From Pelomyxa schiedti (taxonomy: Eukaryota; Protista; Evosea): a stretch of 57,648 bases of DNA. Under the pieces are notes generated by a model that did no database searches, was not told where the DNA came from, and saw nothing but the letters and a program-made list of their open reading frames with translations. This document shows positions 24,264-38,103 of this stretch, piece by piece. The stretch's first letter is position 1. Every line of letters begins with the position of its first letter. Location: positions 1 to 57,648 of the forward strand of contig JAHLWZ010000892.1 in NCBI GenBank assembly GCA_020536535.1, read 5' to 3'. Made by a program: the position numbers and the translations under genes.

Positions 24264-27200
24264 CTACTGAGAGCTCGTCATTAGACGAACACCCTGGGTT
24301 GGTGGTAGATCAGTAGGGTGTGATTTGAGGTACGACTCAAATTCGGCAACGGGCGCAGCACCATTTGGACCAAGCTTGCATAAAATCTGTTTAGCAACAA
24401 CAACAACAACAACAAGGGAACACCATTGTGAGTTTTGGATTATTTGGGGGGATAACATATTTACCCCGTCGACGGCGGAATAGTCACTGAGCATGCTCAC
24501 TTTCTCAGCATCGAGCGACTCTACTCTTCCAATGTATTCATGGACACGTATTGGTTCTTGGAATCCCCTCACAGGGATGTAACCCAGGCATCGCCACACG
24601 AAGTCAGGCCCGGAGCCGTTGCGAATTGCATCTGTAACAAGTACTGTTGTGTGTAAGTCTTTGTTCAATGGCTCCAGCCTTGCTGCCAGATTCACGCTTG
24701 AACCAAGAATGGTGTAATTAAGCCGCTCTGAGCTTCCCACTTTCTTTTTGTTAGTGGAATAATGGATTGAGATTTAGATACCGTTTCCGGCATGTACTTC
24801 CCCGTAATGCATTCCTATTCGCACTTTCATTGTGATGTGATATTGGCGTTCCACGTCTGTATTGATTCTTACTAATTCTGTGAGGATTTCATCCAGAGCC
24901 TTGCAGGCTTTTGGTATAGGATCTTTAACTTTTTCAGGACAACCCCAGAAGGCCATTATGCTTAAAGAATATTAAACTACAAAATGGTGACTGAGATTAT
25001 ACCTATCCCCAATGTATTTGTCAATGACACCACTGTTGGAGGTCAGAATCTGAGAAAAACTTTCGAACATGGTTTTGAGAATCTCAATAACAATTTGAGG
25101 TCCATGTTTATCCATCAAATGTGTGAATTCAACTATATCCAGGAAGAATATGGTGGCGGTAGTTTTCCCAACTCCAACTTCAGCAAATTGTTGTTTTCTC
25201 AGCAGGTCTTTCACCACCAACCTCGGGACATACTTTGAGAATGAAGAAACTGCAACTTGCATCCTCTTTGCCTCCACTTGTAGACTTGACACATCACTGA
25301 TATGGGAGAAAGACCCCGCGTCATTTGCCATTTCGAAGTCCATATTACCCAAATGAAATAACTGCTGTTTAATGTCTACAAGTGGCCGTGACAGCCAGAA
25401 GGAGATTGCTACACTTGCAGTAAGAGCCAGAATGAGAATCAGTCCCTCTGAAACTACCACAAGTATCAAGGTGAGCTGGGTTGTGTGAATTTGTTGTTGA
25501 TTTTCAGAATCAATCTCGCCAAGGAAGTCCAGTCTTGGTGTCACTAGGAAAAGTCTGAAGGCAACACCACCCCCTGTAACCTTGATGTGCAGTAAGGTCG
25601 TGTACAATTGTTTCAAGGAAGTTACATTGACAAGAACTGAGTCTACTAGGATGTCACCTTCCATTGTCATTTGACTTGGATATCCAGAATCGATCCACTG
25701 TTGCACCATGTTTCTTACCTCAGGGTAAGGACTGGCAACCTGCATCAAGGAATTGGTAAGTTGGTTCTTCTTTGAACGTTTACTCACAGCAGGACAAGAC
25801 GTGTTTACAGTTGGAATATATGATGTATTTGTGCTGGCAACCAGATTGAAGTTTGCGCCTTCAACGAGTAATGCCCAACCATTTGGGCTGTGCTTTATGG
25901 TGAGAAGATAGTTGTTCAAACCGGAGATGGCAAAAGCTGCAACAGTGACCGGAAACTAGCCAATCAGAGTAAACAAGTGGGAGGGAAATAGTGTACATTA
26001 TTTGCCGCTCTTGGGTAAAGGGCTTCTGGAAAGGCATACGAAACAGAGATTACTTTACCCTCACCAGGTGTTAGACTCCAAAAAGGAGAAGACCACGCAG
26101 CATTATTGATAAGTATGCCTGTTGTATGTGGCCTTGACCACCATGGACGACCATTCAGTGTTGGCATGGTGAGATTGCTGGCCCAGATTTTTGTTGGCGT
26201 GAGGTCTGCAGTATAGTACCAATAAGTCATAGTTGTTGAGTTACACTAAGACTCTGTCAGAGGAACTGTGAGCAACTTCTTACATACTTGATCCCAGGTT
26301 CCATATATATTCTGTGCGTATGCCCTGCGGAATTGGTGTTGACAACCACTGGAATCCTCCCATGCGCATTGAAGGCTCAGGGTATAAGGCCAGAATTGTG
26401 AGGACATTGGAATAAACACTTCCTGTAACATAGACTCTAACAGCCGAGTTTCTTTCAACTGCAGGAGAGGAAGTCTGGCCAACTGCTTTGAAAGAAGTTC
26501 CACTGACTTTTTGGACACTTTGAGTGGGAAATCACTAGTGGGGAACATACTGTGACAGGGTCTGCCATTAGCTTTGAAAGTTTATCAGATATAGTTGTTA
26601 CAACACTTCCCCTGTATGTAGCCAGATGCATGTCAGTGGTTTCCTTTTACAAAAATCAGTGGAGACAACAAAATACCAAACGAGGCCAACTCACTCTGGC
26701 AACTCGGGAAAGTGAATGTAAACTCTGTCTCCATAAAACAGAAGTTGGAAGAAGACAAGCAACCACCACAAAGGAAACCATGGCAGTGGAAAAAACAATG
26801 AGGAGAACCCGCAATGAAACTTGCAAACCCTTTCCTACATAATAGAAATGTCAACTCCCTTTGTTTTTTCCCTACAACAAAAAAAAAAAAATAGTGGCAG
26901 GCAAGTTAATGTGGTAGGTACTCACGTTTTGGTGCGGGGGACTTTCCCCTTCCGCTCAATGACGAATTGGCAGTGCCAATCCTACTTCTGGTTGTGCTTA
27001 GAGTGTCCATTGACTCCAGTGGCACGCCGGTCTCGGGGGCAACCCGCGAACCTCTGTGCATGGCTGTTGTTGGTTTTTTTTTGTTTGTTGCAATTTTTTC
27101 ATTCGGGGTGGTTGTCTCGGGGAGGGCTTGAAATACGGGACCAGCGGAACTTCAACTCACCGATACAGGATCTGTGTGATATTTCGGGTAATGAGATACT

Positions 27201-27330
27201 CCTCTTTTTCTCAGAGGTGGAGAATTCCCTTTCTCCATTAAGCAGCCCCATCTGGTGGATGCCTTCCTCTGACAGGAACGAGTCACAAAACACATCAGGC
27301 TTCGAAGCACAGTTAGGTTGATCTTCCTCA
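24264..27330 (-). CDS. Receptor-type class III adenylate cyclase (TM - Cache-like ectodomain - TM - HAMP - cyclase); start uncertain
   Basis: TIFFLDIVEFT, VIDKYIGDSIMAFWG, RIGMHYGEVHAGNVGSSERLNYTILGSSVNLAARLEPLNK; TM then HAMP WLSRPL...L; ectodomain GRPWW...WSSPF. Confidence 0.88.
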
Positions 27331-27533
27331 TAGACCGCCTGACCTCACTCCCATAGATCATCAGACTTGTTAGTCCGATGCTTCTCTGGAAATTACCAGT
27401 CGAACTTCTCCTGGTGAAGGGGCCTGCCAAACTGCCCGAGTTGAACCATCCGCCCTTAGAGTCCCGCTCCCCCTCCAAGATCGAACTTTGTTTGTTTGAC
27501 TGATCGGTGAAAGTATGATAACAAAAAGGGACG

Positions 27534-29136
27534 ATGACAACGGAAACACGGAGGCCAAGGATTTGGCTTGACGGGTGGGTGGACGGCATCGGTTTTAGTT
27601 TGAGACCTTTCCCTCACATCAATACATATCATTGAAGTTGCTTTGACTTGACGCACTGGGGCCACGCAAACGTAATCAGGCAGGCCCGAGTCCATGTTGG
27701 TGGTGACCCCTACGTTGTAGTGGGAGTTCATGAAGACCAAGAAATTGCTCGCGTGAAGGTATTCGTTCCATTATTTCTCCGCTCGCTATCATTCTGTATT
27801 CCTCACCTTTTATGTTACAGCATACACCGCCTGTATGTACTCAGGCAGAACGGTATGCTGCTGTCAGGGCAATTAGATGGGTAGATGAAGTGGTGGAAGC
27901 TGTACCGTGAGTTTCTTCCTTTTCTTCTTCCCTTTCACTTAGATGGTCTTTTCTTTTTGGCCAAAAGCTATTCGCCATCCTTGCCATTAATGAGAAAGCA
28001 TAACGTAAGTCACAAAGTAAAAATGCAAGTCACCAACCTCACAAACGTTCAACTGTAATATCTGCTCCTCACTAGTGATTTAGATTGACTTTGTGATCCA
28101 TGGTGATGGTACTCTTTTGTCGCTTTGTCATAAGCCATTTTATTGAAGTGCAGATATTGCTGTCGACACGAATGGTAGGAATTGTTATGAAGAAATCATA
28201 TCAGCAGGCATGATGAAGTACGCACCTCAAACGAGTTTTCCATTCAAATCTTGTCTAGAATTGTTCCACGTACAGAGGGAGTGAGCACCACCGACCTCAT
28301 TCAACGCATGCTCGACTCTACTACAGGAAACCTCGGTGCCCCAAAGTTGTTTATGCTTTCTGCTCGCAGAATCACTGAATTTGGGGGCTTCACTAAGAAA
28401 CCATTAGTTGTTATCTTCATTATTTGCATCCCTTCTCACTATTCTTCTATGTCCAGCCAAGCGATGTTCTTGTTTATACCGATGGTGTGTTTGATCTTCT
28501 GCATGCCGGGCATATCGAATTCCTTAGGAGGTCAAAGGAGCTTGGCACATACCTTGTAGTTGGCATTTTTGATGATGAAGTAAGGGCTATCCACCAAACT
28601 TCTTCTGACGCTCTTGAAAGGAAGTGAAGAGGAGAACCGGTAAGTACCCCATTATGAGCCTCCACGAACGTGTAATGTCTGTTATGGCATGCAAGGTAAC
28701 TTTATTTTAACTTTTGGCACAATACTCATCCGATAGTACGTCGACGATGTGGTAATTGGAGCACCAGCAGCGATTTCCAAGGACATGATCACAGCTGTAT
28801 GCAAACATTACCTATTCCTGAATCAACCCAAAGCGGTAGATGAATTTGAGGTTTATAACACATGGTCTCCTCTACCGCGCCGCTGCCAGCAGTGCTGATC
28901 CCTATGTGGTATTTGCAAAGAACAAGAAAATAAAGTTACTAACAACCGCAGGTACCAAAGGAAATGGGACTGTACCGTGAAATTTCCTCCGAGAGTACTT
29001 TAACAACCGAAGAAATTGCCAACCGCGTCGCACGTGCACAAGCAGAGTAAGTCATCCACACTCTATACTCAATGCAAGATCTTTATACACAAACAGGTAC
29101 CAAGAACGTAATCTTCGGAAAGCTTCAAGCCATTGA
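27534..29136 (+). CDS. PCYT2: Ethanolamine-phosphate cytidylyltransferase (two CT domains)
   Basis: DGCFDLTHWGH, IRWVDEVVE, IDFVIHGDD, PRTEGVSTTDLIQRML, second domain [37 protein letters not shown]. Confidence 0.93.
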
Positions 29137-29310
29137 CACATACCCAACCATCCCATTCCCCAAAGAAATAATAAAAAATATGAACACAAGATCCACCTGC
29201 AGGGATCAGATGTCTCCGTTTTTTTCATGTTCCATCAGAAACTAAGGTGTAACTGCATTATTGGAATATTTCCAACCTCGAAGACAAAAAACAAACAAAT
29301 CAAACAAGCA

Positions 29311-30917
29311 ATGGTCGGGGAGGAGCGTGTGCGGCGAGATCTTGTGGTCATTGGCTTGGTAGTGGCCTTGCAATGTGCATTTGTGTACTGTGCACCGGCG
29401 ACTGTGGTTTCCGTGCTGCCGAACCCTGTTACTGAGCCTCGGAAATGTGGCTTGAGTTCACGTACGGCACTGCCATGCCAAACTCAATTGCTTTTCACTC
29501 GCCGCGATTTGGAGGCACTAACTTCGTGCTCGAAGCCTCAAGAGTGTGCGACCCTGATAGATTTCTCTCCGATACGGCTATAAATGATATAAACCTGTGG
29601 ATTGATAGAATCGGTACGGAGGCAAGGGCAGACTGCAGCCCAGAAAAAGAGGTTACATGATGATAACAAGCACCATTAATTAGTTTCAGGGCTATCAAGC
29701 TGCAGTTCTTGTGCTTCGTACAATGGTCGGTTACACGCCCAGTGTTAGTACACCATTGCATGACGCACAGACACTTGCAACTGCTGCTATGGATTCGTGG
29801 GGTGTAGGACATGCTGGATGCAATGATGGAATTGTACTACTTGTTTCAATAAGTGAGAGGGTTGTTTACGTTTCAACTGGTGTTTATAACTATCAACGAC
29901 AGCCACTCGGGCTTACTTGAACTAGGTGCCTCAACAAAGAAAGTACTAACAGAACTAGCAGTAGATACTGTACTAGATCTCATGATACCTCATTTGAAGA
30001 AGCAGCAGTACGATAACGCCGTTGATGTACAGTCCCTATTCCCTCTTTCCTCTCAGATAAACTTAAGGTGGGTGTGCAAGCAATTTACAAAATACTTACT
30101 GGAGAACTGAAACCAACACATCCGACTCTGAACATGTTCATTGGTGCTTTTTGGTTTATTGTTGTATCTTTGTTCATAGTTGCATTAATTTCATCGTATC
30201 TCCCACTTCTTTCTCACAGTTCACCTGTAATCGTCACAATAGGTGTACCCGCTCTTCCTCTTATACGCGATGTCGCAGTCAATTGCAGAGGATCGAGCAA
30301 GATAGAGCTGCAGCACTGTTGCAGCCGAAGACTAGCTCGGATGTGTGCTATCCAACAACTTCGTGCCCGATATGTCTAGAAGATTTCACCACTCGCACGA
30401 TTACTTTGGTGTTACCTTGTGGTCACAAATTTTGCAAGGTATATTGGCTTCACGGATTTAGCTTACATGGATTTAGACTTGTTTATCAGCTTGGGAAAAT
30501 CAGTCTTCAACGTGTCCTGTTTGTCGTGCTGATTTTTCCTCTAGTAAGTCTGCTTTTAACTCCAATGCAGGCAACTTACAAAAACAACAGGTTCACTCTC
30601 TTCCGTTGACAAAGAAGTTGTTTTCCGACTCAATTCCATCAACCGGCTTTATCCACAATATGTACCAAGAGTATGCTGCCATAACAAAACTACGGTTATT
30701 TATTTCCGCAAACAGACAATGCTTATTGCCTGGACATCAAATCCCCGAGGAACCTTCTCCACTGACACGTGAGCTCACCACTCAACCCACGTTCACTTTT
30801 AAGCTAACATTCAAAAGGGCATTTGTTAGCCGAAATCCCAGCAAGAGCACATCTTCCAGCAGATTATTTGGAGGTGGTTCAAGTGCCGGTTCTGGCGGTC
30901 ATGGCCGTTCTTGGTAA
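29311..30917 (+). CDS. Signal peptide - TPM (MOLO-1/YgcG-like) domain - TM - RING finger - Gly-rich tail
   Basis: PNP...C...SRVCDPDRFLS, WGVGHAGCNDGIVLLVSISER.VYVSTG, TM, CPICLEDF...LPCGHKFC..C...W.....CPVCR, FGGGSSAGSGGHGRSW*. Confidence 0.82.
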
Positions 30918-31217
30918 CAACCGCTGCCGGTCGAATCGTCAGGGAACTTTTTTGGCAACATTCACACATCGCTTTATTTTTCTCTTTGCTATGACTTCAG
31001 TTTCTTCGAGCAGTCGAGTTCACCAAGACCAACTTCGCTGGGAATTCTGATAAGTGAACAAATCGAGGCTAGCGAACTCAATCTGGTGTAACAGTGTTAG
31101 GAGCTTTGACCTTTTTTTCTTCGTATGAACTTTTTCCCTTGAAATGCGAAATTTCGCCCTCGGCGACGGAGCAAGGAGGAGAAAAACAAAAATAACCAAT
31201 CATCAAAGAAGCGAGAG

Positions 31218-32918
31218 ATGTGGCAAACAACCGGCGGTGACGGCGAGAAGAAAGATCTGCTGACCGTAGATCACCTCGTGTCGGTTTTGCGTCAACGGCA
31301 ACCTGTCGGTGTAGCGGGGCCGGAAGGGAACTTGCTGTTTTTCCCGTCTTCGTCAGCGTCTTCCACTCGTTCCGTGATTTCGTCAGCAACTTCACCATCT
31401 ACGTCGCCGTCACATTCACCGACTTTCGCGTCTCCAATAAGCTGGACACGTTTGGTGTCTTCGTCGTCACCTTCGCCGCCTTGTTCGTCCACGTCGCCTA
31501 CGATGCCACCGTCATCATCTTCCCCGTCGCTGAAGGGCTATTCTGATATATATGTGCCGTGCATGTCTCAGCAGTGGTCGGATGGTCCTCACTCCAAGAC
31601 ACGTGACCTAACCGGATTGTTACTGGCTCGGGAGCACAACTCGAATTCCCGTTACCCTACCTCCTCGACAACTCCCACTGGTTTCAATTTTTTTTTTCCC
31701 TTTGTTCTCAGCGATTTACCACTACTCTTAGAAGACAACAACACTTTGTTTTCTACGATTGCACAAGCGCGCACTTTAAGTGCCCAATTGAACCCTGCAC
31801 CATCACCATCCTGCCGATGTTCTCCATCTCTGCACACCGAATTTGATGACAGTTTAATAGCGTTGGGGCTCTCAACCTCAAAGATATATCGGTTCAAGAC
31901 TGAGGAGGTCTGCATTTTGGCATCCCGTTAAAACTAAAATCCTTCAAGATGTGGATAGAAATCCCGCGGTCATGGCGGTTGTCCCACTTAATGGACGAGT
32001 CAGTGATTTTTCAAGCGGGACTAGCTGCCAAGTGTTGCCGGCCAGGATCTTCACAGGGTTAGTCTTTGTCACTATTCCTTGATTTCTCACCAGTCTTACT
32101 TCAGAGGTCACTTGCTCAAAGTGCCTTCATAAAAAAGTTGTAACAATATCTGTAACCTCATTGCACCCATTCTATCACGCCCCTAGTGGCATGGAGAAGT
32201 ACCCATTTAGTATCAAATCACTATGTACTTCTTCCAGGTATCTTCTGAGAGCACAGCTTTCTTTAAATTTAAAATTTATTTAGGGATCACTTAAGAACTG
32301 CACTAGTAGCCACAGTTTCTCTCCCCAACTGCTCCAAAACACTTCAGAGCAAACCCTTTCACATCCTCTCTAGATGTTACAAAAAAGGTTTAGCCCCCCA
32401 TAGTATTTTTGTTTTTTTTTAAGAAAGTTGTCATAAAGATACACCAGGACCTGTCGCAGTAAAGCAACAGCCATCCCTGGGACCTTTGCTGGTGAACCCC
32501 GATATAAATTTCCTTTCATCAAGTAAATCACACTTCCCCGGTGTCTGGCTAACTTCCATCAGCAATAAGCGTTGTTGTAAGACTTGTCCTGATTGACATG
32601 GATGACCTGCAAACGGAGGAAATCCTGAGACCCGTTTCCGATCTCATGAAACAATATGCTGGGGGTGGTGGCTTCCTTGGCATTCAGTTCCGTAGACTTT
32701 CATCAAAACCAGTTTTGCCATCTCCACCCACTGACATAGCACCAGCATGCCCAGCTAACATCTGGGCTGCAGTTGCAAGCTTCAAGAGCCTGCAGGATGC
32801 TGTCAGTGCTCTGTCCTTCTATGACCACTATGCCAAAAACAGGACCAGGAATCCTTTCAACTGTGACCTGGATTCAATGGGCAAACTCAAGAGCGTCGTT
32901 GTAATTACCAACTTCTGA
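31218..32918 (+). CDS. Hypothetical protein, Ser-rich N-terminus, Cys-containing central domain (possible transcription factor)
   Basis: Consistent GT-AG spliced frame: KCC...EVTCSKCLHKKVV...EKYPFSIKSLCTSSRDHL...SKPFHILSR, then C-terminal domain GGGGFLGIQFRR...AVASFKSLQDAVSAL. Confidence 0.6.
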
Positions 32919-33013
32919 GTGTGAAAAATACAATAATTTCTTTTTTGTTTTGTAGAAGAAACAAGAACTGTGTTCGTTCTCTTCTTTTCTCATGGGAAAT
33001 CCTCCCCAATTCT

Positions 33014-35866
33014 TTATTCATCTTCCATGGCAGGAATATCACGAGGAGACATTGGCCGAGAATTGGTGGTGCTCTGTTGTTGTTCGACCGCCGGCAATAA
33101 CACGTCTTGTGTTGCCTGGGGTGGTTGTGGTGTGATGAGCTGTGTAGTAGAAGAAGATGATGATGATGGCGACGACGTTGTGCCAGAGGCTGTTGGTGTG
33201 GCAACGCCCTGCTGTGGTGTGAGAGTGGAAGGCGGTACAAGTGCAGGCACAATGGTCGTCGATGGTGGAGGCAGCGGAAGCGGCGGGCTGCTTGCTCGGT
33301 GTGTTGTGCTGGTTGTCGAGGTGGAGGGGGAGTTTGAAACCGCGCTCGTTAGCATGGTTGGCGGGGTCGGCGTGGATGTGGGTGTGGTTGTGGTTGTTGG
33401 CGTTGATGTGGATGCCGATGTGGGTGACATTAGTGCTTGCGTGAGTGCTGTTATTTGATTGTGTATTGGCGTTGTCGAGGGGAAGGATGGCGGTAGCCCA
33501 GCTCCTGCCAAACCTTGGTGTAGGTTGACAGCCATTGGTGGCAGGGACGGGTTGTAGCGCCATATCCTTGCTCTGAAATCTCCACTACCGGTTGCAAAAA
33601 GTCCACCAGTGTTGCTAAGTGCAATGCTAATGACTGCATACCACAAGATAAGAGTACAATAAACTGATTATGGATACTACCAGAATTTTTGTGGCCGTAG
33701 AGTACTATATCTGGACACCCTGAGCTGTCCCAGAATTGTACAGACCGGTCTTTAGAGCCACTCACAAGCCATCTTCCGTCTGGAGAAAAAGCAACAGAGA
33801 GGACATAGTCTTTGTGTGCTGTGAGGGTGGCATGACAACGTGAGCGATGTCGCACAGAGATGTGCAGGTCCCACATCTTGATGGTGCGATCAAGAGACCC
33901 AGATGCAAGAAGCTTCCCTGTACAGTATCAACTTATTTTTAGCATTGTTTTATGGAAATAATAACCATCAGGGGAAAATGCAACAGAGTAAACAGAGTCA
34001 TCATGCCCTTCAAACCTCTCCAAAAAGTAGCCTGTGCTTGCATCCCACACACGGATAATGTGATCAAGGGAACCCTAGATTCTGTCAAAAACTCCAGTAG
34101 CGTCGTTTGCTTACTGCTGCTATCATTTTGTCATCTGGACTTACTGCCACTGAGGTAACTCCATCTTTTGGTCCGACTTCGTCGTTACCCAAAGTGTGGA
34201 GGATCTAAATCGTCGTGATCACAAGGGACATCTCGAACTTGGAATACCTTGCCAGTTTCAACAGACCAAATTTTGACATGTCGATCTCCACTTCCAGAAA
34301 CAATGAATTTTCCGTCATGAGAAAAAGCCAACGCATAAATATCGTTGTCATGCCCTGCAAGTGTTGCCTTGAGTTGTTCCCTAGCAATGTCCCAGAGCTA
34401 TTACTTGTAAGTGGGACATGAATGAACACAAAAATCCACTTTGACAGTCCTGTCCTCTGCACCAGTTGCTAGAATAGAGCCATCTGGGCTGAAACATACA
34501 GCTCTGATGTACAAATCACATTCCATATTGATCTCTTCTGGTGGGGGAAAACTTCTGAAAATTTACTTAGTTCCTCATTTTCGTACACAATCTGAGATGC
34601 CTACCGTATTTTTTTCCCAGTTTCCACTTCAAAGATTTGAGCCGTTCTGTTGCATCCAGTAGCAACATATTTGCCGTCTTCACTGAATTTCACACAGCAT
34701 ACAACTGTGTTGTGACTGAGGGTGTGCAGTAATTCCACAGTTAACTTTGTGTTCACTCCTTGTGGAGAACTAGGTGGTAATTTCGTAAGTCGTTCCTTGA
34801 TAGAACAGTGCTGGTTGGAGAGCGATGCAGGCCAAGTGTTTAAATTTGTTTAAAAAGAAGGGGAAGGCACAGTGAAATCCAATCATTTGTTGTATCTTTT
34901 TTGGCTTTTGGTTTTTCTTCACCTAAAAGAAGTGAGCCTGTGAATAGAATGAAGGAATGGACCTATAATTGGAGGGGGTTCCTAACAGACATTTTTTTGT
35001 TGTTATTTAGTGATGCCAACAGAAAAGCATTTATGGAACCTGTGTGAGTCGCAAATTCGTTGCTGATGTGATTGGAGGAATTGGTGACTCGAGCTGCTTC
35101 TTTAATAGGGCCATTTCTTCTTCGTAGCTAGTGGAAAAAGTTACATTTTAGAGTAAACTGCAGCTTAAAAAGTACGATTGCTTTAATTCGTTGTGTTGTC
35201 TTTCCATTGCCCCTAATTCAGAGAGAATGTCACCAACACTTACCAACTGCTGTTGAACTAGGTGTACAAACATCAGTTCAAATTTTGAAGGCAGGAGAGC
35301 ATTACGTTTTTTCTCAATTTCATCTCGTTGCGCCTTGTACAACTGACATTCCTTTGCGAGCATTTCAACTTCCTGCTTGAATTGGTCTATAAGCTCCACG
35401 CACCTCGACGGGATTTGTGGAAAGACAGCTGCCTGGAAAGGATGAATCGAGAACAAGAACAGAGCGACGCAAATGAATAAATTTTGTGGGGGAAAAAAAA
35501 AAAAAAAGTAAGCACCACTTGAGGTTGTTGAAGTTGTTGTAACAGTTGCATCTGCAAGAATTGCTGCGTAGCCTGTGGCACGGTCGCGGCGCTCAGGCCC
35601 AGGCCCAGGCCCGTTGGCGGGGACGCCGGCGGCCCCTGCGACGTCGCGTTGCTGAGGGACGCGAGCAGCGGCAGACCAGCAGCCTGCGTGTTCGCCAACT
35701 GCTGGAGAAGTTGCAACTGTAACGCCGTCGACGAGCCTACGCCAACAAGTGAGTTCGCCGACGACGAGGACGACGAGGAAGACGACGAAGGAACAACACC
35801 GCCGCCGCGAGATCTGGACGACGATGAGGACATCGGGATCTGAGACTGCGTTCCTGAAGGAAACAT
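33014..35866 (-). CDS. TUP1: Tup1/TupA WD40 transcriptional corepressor
   Basis: Tup_N coiled coil ([15 protein letters not shown]...YEEEMALLK), [81 protein letters not shown]. Confidence 0.93.
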
Positions 35867-36240
35867 TTTCCTCCTGCTGCTGCGTGGTGTGACACACACC
35901 GACCGTATTGATGGTGATGTGGGTGGAAGAACACAAGATGGTTTTTCTTTTTTTTCTGTTTTTTTCCTCCCTTGTTGCTCTGAAAAGTACCTGTTGATGA
36001 TTTTCCGCTTTAGTAAATCCGTGAAGTATTTCCGATTTCGAACAGTGGAGCATCGGTGCATAGAGGAAATTCGGCCTCTTCCTCTTGGTGTCCAGTTGTT
36101 TTTTCTTCCCCCGTTCTTTTGGCATAGTTTCCCGGCGAAGCTGTCAAACAGTCTTTTAAGAGTAGGTGGGACAGAACATTCAATCAATTATCAAAAAGAA
36201 GGGTTGTTGAGGTGTGAGTTAGTAGCAGGTAGTGTGGAGG

Positions 36241-37901
36241 ATGTGCGACCCTGATGTTTTGAAGGAGTACTATTTGGGCTTGTTCCCTTTTGCAGATGTC
36301 TTCCAGTGGTTGAGTTACGGCGATGGTAGATTACTTTTGCTTGTTTTCGCGGGGCTGACAATTAATCTTGTGCCAAAGGTGGGTTTTTCTCTCGAAGAGA
36401 GATAGCGTGCACTCTACAAAATGGCATTTTCCGGCGTCACTTGTGTTACCCAAATGCAGAAGACTTCAGAAGGGAAATAGCGTCTCTCAATCCTTCTAGG
36501 ATAGAATTTGGTGCAGTTTGGAACCAGCCTGTATGCTCTTTCCTTTGTTTCCCCACTCCCACGTCTTATAAGATACTTCCTTTAGCCTGCATTCAAGAGT
36601 GCTTTGGAAGTGTATGTCCCAATTGAAAGAGAACTCGTTTTTGGTGATGTTTCAGTGCAAGTTGCTTTTTGTGACCGTAGTGCACAGATGTTGATATGGA
36701 TGCATACAATCAAGTTCGACCATGCTGCAAAGAAGCTGCAATATGCCACAAATGCTGGCCCCTTATGTGGGTGGCTATGCGCGTCGTGGATAGAGTCCTA
36801 AGGAACGATTTTGGATTTCACCATCTTGTGAGAACTCCCAAACAATCCCCATCCTCAAGGGTTAACTGACTGGATTTGGTCACCTAGTTATGGGTATACA
36901 GTGGAAGGCGTGGAGTTCACTGTTGGGTCTGTGATAAAAGGGCTAGACTATTGCCAAATGAGGCCAGGAAGTCTATCGTCAACTATCTTGACATATTCAA
37001 GTACATTACTCGGCACTTGGCTATTTGTTGCTGATTATTCTATAGGGCGGGTGGAACTAAGATTGACCCAAGTGCATTTCTATTTCCATCACTCTCTGCT
37101 GTCTATGATGAAATCCTTCAACCTTTCTTTGAAGAATTGTATCTAAAAGAGCAAGAGTTACTAGAATCAGAGCCTATGCAAGACGTTGCTTTGTCTATAC
37201 TTAAATATAGTTTGTGGAACCTCTTGTAATGTGTGTGCCAACGCAACACAGGATACAGCAAAATTAAGGGGAAAGTCGATCTTATTACTGAAATCAAACA
37301 GAAATGGCAAGGAACAAGTGGATCAGTTGAGAAGTGGCAAATTCTAAAAGACAGTGTCCAAAGAGCAGTAGGTAAAAGTAGGATATTCATTTTGCACTAA
37401 ATCTTTCAAGAAAATTGTGGATGGTGATCCCATAGCAGAGATTATTTTCATGTTTATATTCCCTCGATTGGACGCGAATGTCTCTACAAGTATGCAACAT
37501 TTGCTCAAAGCACCTTTTTGCATGCACCCTGGGACAGGTAGTTAACATTAGCCTTCCAGATAACTATATCACGAATCTGTAGGGCGAATCTGTGTTCCTA
37601 TTGATGTTAATACCTGCGAGCAGTTCGACCCATTCAGCGTCCCCACCGCACTGCAGTTGGTAGAGGAACTCCACGCTGTAGACAGAGCCACGGTCAACAG
37701 TCCCAATGGTGTGTTTCCCTCTATCATAACCACAACTGAAACATCCCCGCCACAGCATACCGTAGTACCAGACTTGCACCACATTTGGATACTTTTCACA
37801 GGGCATTCCTGGACCCTCTCACACAACAAAACAGCATCAGCACGAGCACGAGCACGAGCACAAGCACAAGCACAACTACAACTACGAGCAGTAGTAGCTA
37901 G
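36241..37901 (+). CDS. PRIM1: DNA primase small (catalytic) subunit
   Basis: YY..LFPF....QWLSYG, RRE, ERELVFDVDM, WVYSGRRGVHCWVCD, FPRLDANVS...[21 protein letters not shown]. Confidence 0.95.
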
Positions 37902-38103
37902 AAGAAAGCTCTGCACGTTTGTGTTTGTTTCTATTGAAAACACGCTGAAAAGTAGTTTCTTCTAGAGATCTGACCGCTTTTATCCCTTTCCTTTAAAAGT
38001 AACGAAAGAAAAAGAAGTCTCGGGCCGTCTTTCTGTTTTCGAAACCACAAAAAGAACGAAAAAACAGCCACCCAACAGTTCCACCCCAAGTACCAAGAGA
38101 AAG

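Noticed and set aside
37835-37898. ARARARAQAQ repeat at the primase C-terminus in the ORF track
   Set aside because: Wrong frame; after splicing, the hexamer repeat encodes an ordinary Ser/Thr tail
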